DNA of 64,000 bases from Chrysemys picta bellii (Eukaryota), in the NCBI RefSeq assembly GCF_011386835.1, contig NC_088812.1, forward strand, positions 13,082,001 to 13,146,000, in the 5' to 3' direction. Below are positions 34,283 through 44,592 of the stretch, piece by piece (position 1 is the stretch's first letter; the number at the start of each line of letters is the position of its first letter). Under the pieces are notes generated by a model. It did no database searches and was not told where the DNA came from. It was given only the letters and a program-made list of their open reading frames with translations. The translations under genes were made by a program, and so were the position numbers.

Positions 34283-35640
34283 GGCTGGGCTGGAAGGGAC
34301 TGCGAGGTCAGGGCCAGATAACACTAGCCCAGCCCTGACAGCTGTTTGTCCAACCTGCTCTTAAAAACCTCCAATGCCGAGATTCCACAACCTCCCTTGG
34401 AAGCCCCTGTGGGAGTTTAACTACCTGGAGAGTTTTTCCTAATATCCTAAACCACCCTTGCTGCAGGTGAAGCCCGTTGCTTCTTGTCCTCCTTTCTGTG
34501 GATGTGGAGAACAATTTGTCACTGTCCTCGTTAGAACAGCCCTCAGCGTCTTTGCGGACTGTTCTCGGGTCCCCTCTCAGTCGGTTTTTCTCCAGACTAA
34601 ACCCGCCCCGTTGTTTTAACCTTTCCTCACAGGTCAGCTTTTTTCAACCTTTGATCATTTTTGTTGCTCTTCTCTGGACTCTCTCCAATTTGTCCACGTC
34701 GTTCTTAATGTGCGGCACCCAGAACTGGACACAGTTCTCCAGCTGGGGCAGGACAGTTACCTCCTGTGTCTTCCGTATGACGCTCCTGTTAATACAGCTC
34801 AGAATGGTATTAGTCTCTTGCAGCGGCATCTTCAACTTGTGATCCGCTCGAACCCCCAGATCCTTTTCAGCGGGACGAGCGCCTGGCCAGTTATTCCCCC
34901 GTTTGGAGCTGGGCATTTGATTTTTCCTTCCTAAATGTAGTACTTTGCACGTGTCTTTATTGAATTGCAGCTTGTTGATTTCAGACCAATTCTCTCATTT
35001 GTCAAGGTTGTTTTTAATTCTAATCCTGTCCTCCAAAGAGCCTATAACTCCTCCCAGCTCGGTGGCATCCGCCAATTTTATAGGCATCCTCTCCACTAAG
35101 TCATTCATGAAAATATTGAATAGTACCAGGTCCAGAACTGACCCCTGGGGGACCCCAGGAGATACGCTCTCCCAGTTTGATAGCAAGCCATTGATAACTG
35201 CTCCGAATACCGTCTTTCAACCAGTCGTGGACCCACCTTAGAGGAATTGAACCTAGACTGGATCTCCCTAGTTTGTTCGTGAGACTGTCATGTGGGTCGT
35301 GCAGAAGGAAATTAGGTTGGTTTGGCATGAGCTGGTCTTGACAAATCCATGCTGGCGGCTCCTTATAACCCTGTTATCCTCTACGTGCTTATAAACGGAC
35401 TGGTTAATCATTTGTGCCGGTGTCTTTCCTCGTATGGAAGTCAGGCTGACTGGTCTGTCACTCCCCAAACCCTCTTTTGAAAGGTAGGTTCTGTGTTTGG
35501 CCGTCTCCAGACCTCTGGGACCTCCCCTGTCCTCCAGGAGTTGTCAAAGAAAATTGCTTCAGCTCGTTCCTCAAGTACCCCAGGCCGAATTTCATCAGGC
35601 CCTGCCGACTTGAATACATTTAACGTATCTACATAGTCTG
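34283..35640 (-). mobile_element. CR1 LINE reverse-transcriptase fragment with frameshifts
   Basis: SGVPQGS-type motif (VSPGVPQGSVLDLVLFNIFMNDL), RPVSLTSI, QHGFVKTSSCQTNLISF, CVQFWVPHIKNDVDKLERVQRRATKMIKG. Confidence 0.93.
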
Positions 35641-36079
35641 TATCTTAGGCTTTCCCTGTTTGGGCTGGTTATTTAGCGTGTCGAACATCTGGTCACCATT
35701 CACGTGTTTAGTGAAGACCAGGGTGGATCAAAATCAATGATTTTTTTTTTAATTTAGACTTAGATTTTTTTTATTGAAATCGGATTTTGTTGATAAAATG
35801 CTTTTTGAGGGAAAAACCTGTCTAAAGATCGTTTTAATTAGGATACATTCTAGCTCAAAGATAGCGCATCATGGCATAGGGATTCTAAATTCTAATTCTA
35901 TAGTATGAGACAATATATTCATATAATGAATAAGAAAAGTTTTGTAAATGAGTCCCAACAGTTCATGGATTAGGGACCCGATCTTACGGGGCTCCAGGGG
36001 CTTCTGTATAGATTGAGGTTAATCTTTCGATCTACCCAATGGGACTCAGGGCTCAGTCTAGAAGATACCATCAGAGATG

Positions 36080-36217
36080 TTTCAGAGTAGCAGCCGTGTT
36101 AGTCTGTATCCGCAAAAAGAAGAACAGGAGTACTTGTGGCACCTTAGAGACTAACAAATTTATTAGAGCATAAGCTTTCGTGGACTACAGCCCACTTCTT
36201 CGGATGCATATGATATG
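36080..36217 (-). mobile_element. Penelope terminal-repeat-only insertion (138 bp) with an 11-bp target-site duplication
   Basis: CATCAGAGATG at 36069-36079 and 36218-36228 flanks the insert. Confidence 0.85.
36168..36207 (-). ncRNA. Minimal hammerhead ribozyme motif (Penelope-associated)
   Basis: GCAU CCGAAGA A GUGGGC ugua GUCCAC GAAA GCUU AUGC. Confidence 0.65.
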
Positions 36218-36954
36218 CATCAGAGATGCTTAGTTTTGCAGTTCTCAAACTGTGGATTTATGTCTCCAGAGGCAACATGCTTGTTAACAGCAAAAATGTT
36301 TTTAAATAAATAATATATAGAGGTGAGAAATGACAGACCTCAGCTCTATTGTCCCTCTGCAAATCTGTGTACACAGAGTCAATCCCTTACCTCTATAAAA
36401 GTGCAAAGTTTAAAAAAAGTTCAATGACTAGAAGATTGTTGGGGGCGGAATAGATCTGGACAAGGAGAAGTCTGGAGATAAATGTGAGGGACAGGCAGTA
36501 GAAACAAAAGTGAAACTGTTTGAACAGCATATTCCAGGGCCTGGCATAAGATGAGACAGCGGGTGGGTGCAGCCAGGCGGAGGAGAGTGTGGCCAGAGCC
36601 CCCCAGCTGCCCGGCCAACCTCTGAGCCTTGACACCAACATGTGACCCCCCTCTCACCTCCAGCCTGGAGTGTTCCCAGGTGAAGCCCCGATTCTGCAAA
36701 TGGGTCCATGGAGAGTGGATCGGATCTCAGGAGCGGTGCTGACCTCTCTCGAGGGGGGCAGTTTGGAAATTCGTGCCTGTAAAACTCTGATCCAAGCAAA
36801 GGAAAAAAACCCAGGCCATCAGCTTCCCAACGCGCTGTTATCCGAAGTGGGGAATAAGGGATAGAGAGACAGACTTAAAGGCATTTTAGTTTGTGGTGGC
36901 AACATGGCCTAGTGGCTAGAGCCCTGGACGGGGGCTTGGGAGACCTGCCTTTGG

Positions 36955-37270
36955 GCAAATCAGGAATTAGCCTGTGGAACTCTCTGCCACATGATGCCAT
37001 GGAGTCAAGAATTTAGCAAGACTAAAAGGGGGGGTGCGATGTTTCTAGGGAGGACGGGAATAGCCAGAGTTAGAAAAGCTGATGCTAACACAGATTTTTG
37101 GAAGGGAGATCAAACCTCACGCTCCGGAATTAAAAACAATCTCCTAGAGGTTAGAATGAGACCTTCACAGAGGCTTGATTATCCCACATCCACCTCTGGC
37201 CGCTGTCTGAGACAGGATACTGGTGCAGATGGACCAGGGGTAAGGAATCCAGGGGGGAAATCACTCTGGG
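36955..37270 (+). mobile_element. Old CR1 3' end
   Basis: CCTGTGGAACTCTCTGCCAC...GAGACAGGATACTGG...GATGGACC resembles a CR1 tail. Confidence 0.55.
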
Positions 37271-38019
37271 TCTAGTGGAGCGGTTCCTGCAACCCTACAA
37301 TAACAAACCACTGCAGCTTTTCCAAGCTTCTCCTCCGTTCTAGTTGTGTGTCATCACCTGAGGAGTGACGCCCTCCCCCCTGGCCATGACCCGGGCACAA
37401 CACAGAGTAACAACACATGGGTAAAAAATGTGTGGCCGTCTGGCTTGGGCCTGGTGTGTTTAATGGGAAACAGATGTTGGTTTTCTAACCTTAGCAGCTG
37501 ACGGTTCCGGGCCGCTCTGAAACGCCCCCTGGTTCATGCGCACGTAAATATTGATTGCATCAATACAAGCTAGCCAGTAAACCAGCCCAGGTGGCCAGCC
37601 GGCCGGTGCGCATTTCAGACCCATCCTCTCGGTTTGGCGGGTGAATTTGATGCTTCGAGGGGGAGGCGGAAGAGAAGAGGCGAAGGCTTGCTTGGCGCTG
37701 CACGGCCGTGGTCCCTGTCCTCACCCTGCCAAGGGAGGTCAGGAATTACCCCCACCCAAGATAGGGCACAGACTGGGAATAGAACCCAGGAGTCCTGGTG
37801 CTTAGTTCAGTGCCTTTGCCACAGGATCATCTTTCCTTCCCTTAGGGATTTTGGTTCTCGTCACACATGCAGTCCCATTGCAGAGGGGCAGGTTCTGGTT
37901 TAGCGGCTGAGACCTAACATCCCCTCACCCACCTGATAGTCAGGGGTCTGCGGATTAATTTGCCACTCTTGGGTCTCCTTAGGGGAACTAAAACCCTGTT
38001 GATTTTTACAGAGCCTTTT

Positions 38020-38895
38020 GCATCATGGGAGGTAGGTCCCATCACGCACCAGAGGCAGCAGGTTTAAAGCTCCTTCACCCCACGCACGGTCAGCCTGTGG
38101 AACTCCTTGCCAGGGGATGTTGTGAAGGCCGAAAGTACAACTGGGTTCAAAAAAGAATGAGCTCCGTTCGTGGAGGAGAGGCACCCCAGTGGCTATTAGC
38201 CACAATGGTCAGGGACGCAGCCCCATGCGCTGGCTGTTATAAATCCATGGGATGCCCACATCGTGAATACGGCCTGCAGATGTGGTCGCCCCATCTCAAA
38301 AAAGATCTAATGGAATTGGGAAAGGTTCAGAAAAGGGCAACAGAAATGACTAGAGGTATGGAATGGCTGCCGTATGAGGAGAGATTAATAAGACTGGGAC
38401 TTTTCGGCTTGGAAAAGAGACGACTAAGGGGAGATATGATAGAGGGCTATAAAATCATGACTGGTGTGGAGAAAGTAAATAAGGAAGTGTTATTTACTCC
38501 TTCTCATAATACAAGAACTAGGGGCCACCAAATGAAATGAATAGGCATCAGGTTTAAAACAAAGAAAAGGAAGTATTTTTTCACACAATGCATAGTCAAC
38601 CTGTGGAACTCCTTGCTAGAGGATGTTGTGAAGGCCAAGACTATCACAGGGTTCAAAAAAGAACTACCTACATTCATGGAGGACAGGTCCATCAATGGCT
38701 ATTAGCCAGGATGGGCAGGGATGGGGTCCCTGGCCTCTGTTTGCCAGAAGCTCGGAATGGGCAACAGGGGATGGATCAGTTGAGGATTCCCTGCTCTGTT
38801 CATCCCCTCGGGGGCCCCTGGCACTGGCCACTGTCGGCAGACAGATCACTGGGCTAGATGGACCTTTGGTCTGACCCAGTCTGGCCGTTCTCATG
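38020..38895 (+). mobile_element. Two abutting CR1 3' fragments (about 38020-38255 and 38256-38895)
   Basis: QMWSPHLKKD...KVQKRATEMTRGMEWLPYEERLIRLGLFGLEKRRLRGDMIE...NTRTRGHQMK; the segment CCTGTGGAACTCCTTGC...GGGTTCAAAAAAGAA occurs twice; ends GGACCTTTGGTCTGACCCAGT. Confidence 0.92.
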
Positions 38896-41667
38896 TCACC
38901 TACTGCCCAGGTGGGGCGTACCTTGACACCCCACTAGGTGGCAGCATTCCTCCTTCATTTCAATGCCCAGAGGCTGGTGTCCCTTGGGTTGCAGGCAGGA
39001 GGGGGCAGTTCTGCAGAGGATTTGGGGTGGGATCATGGCGCCGTGGAGCTGTCCCTCTCTCCACCTGGGTAGCACCGCTCACCCCACCCCCAAGAAAGGA
39101 ATCAGGATGCCCCACGGGCCCGGGAAGTCATTTCTGAGCCATGGTGCATCTTGCCGGCTGGGGGAACAATGCCCGTATGAGAACGGGATGCCGTCCTGCC
39201 CACGCCCAGCGCTCTGCTCCACCAGGCTGGCACCACAGAGCCGGGCAGAGCAGCTGGGTTATGCCACCTTAGGGGAAGGGAGGAACTCACCTGCTTTATC
39301 TGGTTTCACTGCCCGGCCTAGGGACCCAGGTGTTCTGGGTTGGGGACACCCAGAGGGCAGGGCTGGTGAACATTTGTACAGCACAGCTTGTTTCCTAACA
39401 TGAGCTAACCCAGCCTCACAGGGAGATGGGGATGTACTGTAGCGATCAAGGGTCACTGCCCTCTGCTGGATATTATCAGAGCAGCGCAGGTGTGTGTCAT
39501 AAGCCCTATACTGCTATCAACTAATGGAGATTCTCCGCTAGCTCAGGTGCTGGGGCCTGGGTTCCTGGAGCAGAAGGGTGCCGTTTTAACCCTGCTGTCA
39601 CCATGTCCAGCATTGAGTGATGACAGGGAAGGTATGGGGGGGGCAAGAATTTGATACAGAGGGGGGGAAACAGGCACAGGAGGGCTGACACCCTTAGTGG
39701 TAGCGCTGGGAATAGAACCCGGGAGTCCTGAGGCCTAATCTAGTGCCCTACCCACTGACCCGCACTGCCTCTCCTGATGCCAGGTGAGCACATTCACAGA
39801 ACAGAAATGATGTCCTAGGCTCCTTTGGCATGGGCCTGCGGAGTCCATTCCAGCTGGCTGCGGGGATCCAGTTCGGGTCTTTCCCCCCTCCCGTTTCTAA
39901 GAGAATTTACGGGCTCAGGAGGGGGGTGGAGTTTGCCTTCTAGGCTCCGCCTGGAATGGTGGCAGGGAAATCCTGGACTGGAATCCTGCCCATAATGCAC
40001 CCGTCTGGAATGGACTCAGGCTGCAATCCCGGCTCTGGGCCCCCATCCCATCAGGGGAGGCCGTGCAGGGGGAGTTCGGGGCTGGGTGGAGGGGGATTCG
40101 ATTGACCCTGCTGTAGCCCGGAGATTCCCACGGTAACCCCCCCGCCCCAAGACATGGGTAAGCCCAGGGGTGCCCGTCAGGGCAGTTCCCCGCCTCAGCC
40201 CGAGGGGAACACTGCAGAGCACGTCCCCGTCCCTGTCCCCGTCCCCCCTGTTTGTAGCTGATTGGCCTTGCTGGAGCTCAGCCCGCGCTCTGGCCACATG
40301 TTCCCTGCCTGGCCAGGCCCCTGCTGAATGGCTGGCCGGCCTCCAGCACATCTGCAGGGAGCGCGGCCCAACGGCTGCAAAACCTGGAGGCCATGACGAC
40401 AGCAGAGGCCACTCCGGCCTGTTTCCTCCCAGCTGGGTCCCAGAGCCCGAGCCCCCCACAACGAGGCACCTGCTGCTGCCCCGGCTCCATCGCCCGCCCC
40501 TCTGCAGATTGGAGAGGAGCGCCTGACTCCCCCTCCAGAGTCCCCATTCCCCCCCCAAATCTGCCATCAGTTTGAGGACCAATTGGGTTTGATCTTTGCG
40601 GCCCCTGTTGCAAATAGATCCAGCGCCTCCCCCACTTTGTCAGGCCATTTGGGGAACCCCCCCGGCTTCGCCTGAGGACTGGAGCAGCCCAGGGACCACG
40701 TGGCCTCCCCCACCATCGGCTCTTGAGCTAAGGCTGGGGTGGGTGTGACCCTATGCAGCCCTGATGGGGTTTAATGGACCCCCCCTGCATCCCAGAAAGC
40801 AGGCCAGGCCTCATTGGGGGGGCAACTGGGGACAGGGAACTGGGCATCCCGGCATTCTGTGTTGGGGAGGGCTCCCCATCCCACCTCCCCTTAGGGGGCC
40901 TCCCGGGATCCCACGTCAGCACCTTCCTCTTCCCAGCCCCCCTCGCCCGGGAGCTATGCGAGGAATTCACAAACAATCCGGCCGTTGGCTCAGGGTCCGG
41001 CCTGGTGTGTGTGGGGAGATCCGGTTTCTCGGCTCCGGCCAGCTGCGTAGGGAGCCCAGGAATGCGCCGCTGACCCCAGCCAGCCCCCCACCCCTTGCGC
41101 CATCTTCCTGGGGCCTAGCCAGGGAAGGGGCAGACAGTCCTGCCCTCCCACCTGGGTTGGTGGTGGGGGGATGCTCCAACGTTGGGGGCCTGAGAGGGCC
41201 ACAACGAGGGGCATGGTCTAACAGGCGCATACATTTGCATGTATTTTGCTGAGTTGCTTTGTTTCCAAGGCCCAATTTCGGAGCGCCACCTCCTGGCCCG
41301 TTCTGCCCCACGGGCGTTCTCCTGTCTCCCCCACCCGATCTGTCTGTCCTCCAAGCCCCAAGGCATCCCAGCTCCGCTCTGGGGGCGTGAGCCCACCCTC
41401 CGACTCCAGGCCAGGTTTTCCTCCTCGCTCCTCGGGAGGGAGGGGCAGAGCCCCTACCTGCCTCTGCTGCAGACTGGGTGGGTCCCTGGCCTTTCACCTG
41501 CCTCAGCTGCAGGGAAATCCTGGCCTGGGATCTAGTCCCCGGTGGTCTGGGCTGGAGACTGGTTACCCTGCAGGAGGCGTCTGTGACTAACTGGGGCTGG
41601 TCCTAGGCCCGGGCCCCCCAAACTCCCCAGAGCGAGAGGAGGCGGCGGCTGTCACCCCCATAGCGGA

Positions 41668-41936
41668 GAGACTCATAGATTCTAGGACTGGAAGGGACCT
41701 CGAGAGGTCATCGAGTCCAGTCCCCTGCCCGCATGGCAGGACCAAATACTGTCTAGACCATCCCTGATAGACATTTATCTAACCTACTCTTAAATATCTC
41801 CAAGATGGAGATTCCACAACCTCCCTAGGCAATTTATTCCAGTGTTTAACCACCCTGACAGTTAGGAACTTTTTCCTAATGTCCAACCTAGACCTCCCTT
41901 GCTGCAGTTTAAGCCCATTGCTTCTTGTTCTATCCT
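41668..41936 (-). mobile_element. CR1 LINE 3' end, 5'-truncated, relatively intact
   Basis: Reverse of a CR1 tail (TCATAGATTCTAGGACTGGAAGGGACC...) and the end of ORF2. Confidence 0.85.
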
Positions 41937-41958
41937 GTGACCTAGTGCTTAGCGCGGA

Positions 41959-42140
41959 GGGAGGGATAGCTCAGTGGTTTGAGCATTGGCCTGCTAAACC
42001 CAGGGTTGTGAGTTCAATCCTTGAGGGGGCCACTTAGGGATCTGGGGCAAAAATCAATACTTGGTCCTGCTAGTGAAGGCAGGGGGCTGGACTGAATGAC
42101 TTTTCAGGGTCCCTTCCAGTTCTAGGAGATAGGATCTCTC
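41959..42140 (+). mobile_element. tRNA(Lys)-derived turtle SINE (tortoise Pol III/SINE type) with a CR1-derived 3' tail
   Basis: GGGAGGGATAGCTCAGTGG (A box)...GAGTTCAATCC (B box)...GGCCA, then CTAGTGAAGGCAGGGGGCTGGACT...GGTCCCTTCCAGTTCTAGGAG, which resembles a CR1 3' end. Confidence 0.85.
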
Positions 42141-43999
42141 TATTAATTATCATGACCCTTCTGTCACTGACTCACTGGATGGGCTTGGGGAGCCACTCTC
42201 CCTGTCCTCTCCATGCCTCAGTTTCCTCATCTGTCAGATAAGGGTTGCTGATTCCCTGCCCTTGGGGGAAAGCTTTCCATCCATCTGTCTATTCCTCCAT
42301 ATCCACCTCTCCCTCCCTCCATACTTTTCTCTCTCTCCTTCCCAGCTCACCCTGCCAGGCATCTGGCTCTAATAGCCTCTCTTCTCTGCAGCTCAGCTCC
42401 CCTGGGACCCGGCTGCTCCCTCCCCAGGGCTCCCCACCCCCCAGAGCAGCATCCGCAGCTGGGCCCTTTGTTTGTTCCAGCCCTGGAGCTGGGTTCCACA
42501 TCCCCTCCACTTGGAGTGGTGCTTGTCTCACCTCCAGGTGCTGGCCCACCCTGCAGTGACCTCAGAGACCCCCCACCTGCAGGAGAGACCCTGGGGGGGG
42601 GGGGCATCCAGCCCCAAATACCTAGAATCAACTGCCCCATGAAACCTCACCCCAAGCCCGTAAACTCCTCCAGGTGCAAGGAGCTGGGGTGGGTGCCCTG
42701 TTCTGGGGGGGAGCCCTTTGTGTTCTGTTCTGCACCCCCCAACCGGGGCTCTCCCAGCCTGCCTCCCCTGCCCAGGATCTCCCAGCGAGCACAGATGGGT
42801 GTGGACTGGGGGCCAGCTTGCTCCAGGGTGAAGATGGGCAGGGGGCTGCTGATTTGTCTCAGTTCCCCCAGAATCTCAGTGTGATCGGCACCCAATTCCG
42901 CACCTCCTAGGCCAGCTGCCTTGGGGCCGGCCCACCCTAGAGGGGAAAGGGCCCATGTCCCATTCCCTGCTCCCTCCCCACAAGCCAGCCAGTGCCCACC
43001 CTGGGGCCGGATCAGAGCTGGCACCCCCTAGTGGAAAGGCCCCGTGCCCCACTCCCTGACCCCCCCGCCCCCCACTCCAGCCAGTCCTCTGAGCTTGGGC
43101 CATCCTGACATCACAGCTGCAGAGAGATGCCAGGGCCAGATTTTCCAGGCCAGGCCCCACAAGTGCGTGTTCTGGCCATGCCCAGCAGCCCCAGTCAGGG
43201 ACCCAGACCCCGCAATGCAGGGAACCCCTGCCCCAGATGAGGGGGGGAGAGAGGAAGGGGTGGTATGGGAGCTCTGGACTGGGAACAGCCGGGTGCGTGG
43301 CTGGGACTCCAGCTTCCCATGTGCCGCACAGCACGGGAAGGGTTAAGTCTGTCCCCATCCTGATCTGGGTGTGTCCCCCACACACGTCTCCGGGTGCCTG
43401 GGCCTGGGTGGGGCCTCGTGATCCCCGGCTACGGAGAGCAGGGAGCCCCATGGCCCCGGAGCGCGCCCCATGGCCCCGGAGCGCTCCCCATCCCTCGGTG
43501 ACTCATGTGAAAGACACACAAGGTAACACCCAGCGAGGGCAGCGTGGCATGACCCAGCCCAGAGGGGGCGACGCTGAGACCGGCTCGCACAGCTCCTAGG
43601 GTGGGGGTGGCCTCAGGGTGACCCCGTTCCTGCCAGGAATATCCCCCCCATCTGGAGACCATGCCCCTCCCCCAGGCTGGGGCTACCCTCTGTCTAACCC
43701 CCGCAGTGTTGGCCACCAGGGGGTGCTGGTCTGCACCCACCCGCCCCTCACCAGGCCCCAGGTGACAGCCCTGCCCAGACATGGCTGGGAGATGAGTGGG
43801 GGTCTCAGTAGGGGGCACTCTCCCCTGCCAGTCAGTGCTGGGCCCAAGGCCTGCCAGGAATGGGGGCAAGGGGCTGGTCTCACGTGGGGGGCCGGCTGGA
43901 ACAGGGGTCTGGGCCTGCCCGGGGGGGCTGTTCCCCGAGTAGCGCGGGCCAGACAGCCGGAGACAGGACATTGGGCCCAGCACCTCGAATGCCAGCCTG

Positions 44000-44526
44000 G
44001 GCCTTCGCACCCCGCCGCCGGGCCTGGGCAAGGCCCAACTTCCCGCTGCTGGGTGCGTGCAGCGCCTGGCGCGGCGGCGGGGAGGCTGGACGCTGGTTTC
44101 TCCCCGCGACCCTCCTAAAGCCGAAACCAGGGCAACACCCGCCCCCACCCCAACCCCAACCCCTTCTGCAACGCCCCAGCCACCGTGGCACCCCGGGCCC
44201 AGCGGCTACTGAGTCTTTGGGCTGGTTGCCCCCGGGGCCGGCATTATTTCGGGGACCCCCCCCGGGCCTGTGCTGTGCAGGAGGTCAGACGAGAAGGAGC
44301 CACAGTGGGTCCCTTTCCGGCCTGGGACCCCCGTGGGGGAGGAGAAGCGGCCCCTCCCTCGGGCGCCACTCCCTCCGCGGGCGCTAGGACCCAGTGGAAA
44401 GTTGTCATCCCGGCCCTAGATTCCAGGCTGGCTTCCCTGGGTGTGACGTCAGCCAGCAGCCCCGTCCCCCCCCCCTCCAGCGCCCCCCCCCGCCCCGTTC
44501 CCAGGCCCGTAACATTAGGGAGGAAA
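44000..44526 (+). promoter_or_regulatory. RBMS2 CpG-rich promoter with a perfect CRE
   Basis: TGACGTCA at 44444-44451; CpG-dense region upstream of the ATG. Confidence 0.55.
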
Positions 44527-44592
44527 ATGTTACTTTCCGTCCAGCCGCGGGCCGCCATCGCCACATTTGGCTACAATAAGACCAGCAAGAAG
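44527..44592 (+). CDS. RBMS2: RBMS2 exon 1
   Basis: AAAATGTTACTTTCC...AAG|GTAGGA, 66 nt. Confidence 0.9.

Larger units (their letters stand above)
35719..36540. mobile_element. AT-rich non-autonomous DNA-transposon-like element interrupted by the Penelope insert
   Basis: Abrupt AT-rich block in GC-rich DNA starting CAGGGTGGAT; right boundary uncertain. Confidence 0.5.

Noticed and set aside
41959-42035. tRNA-like sequence as a tRNA gene
   Set aside because: Irregular cloverleaf and fused to a CR1-like tail, so it is a SINE head.
42674-42910. 78-aa ORF with a signal-peptide-like start
   Set aside because: Begins at GTG, with no homology, splice or promoter support.
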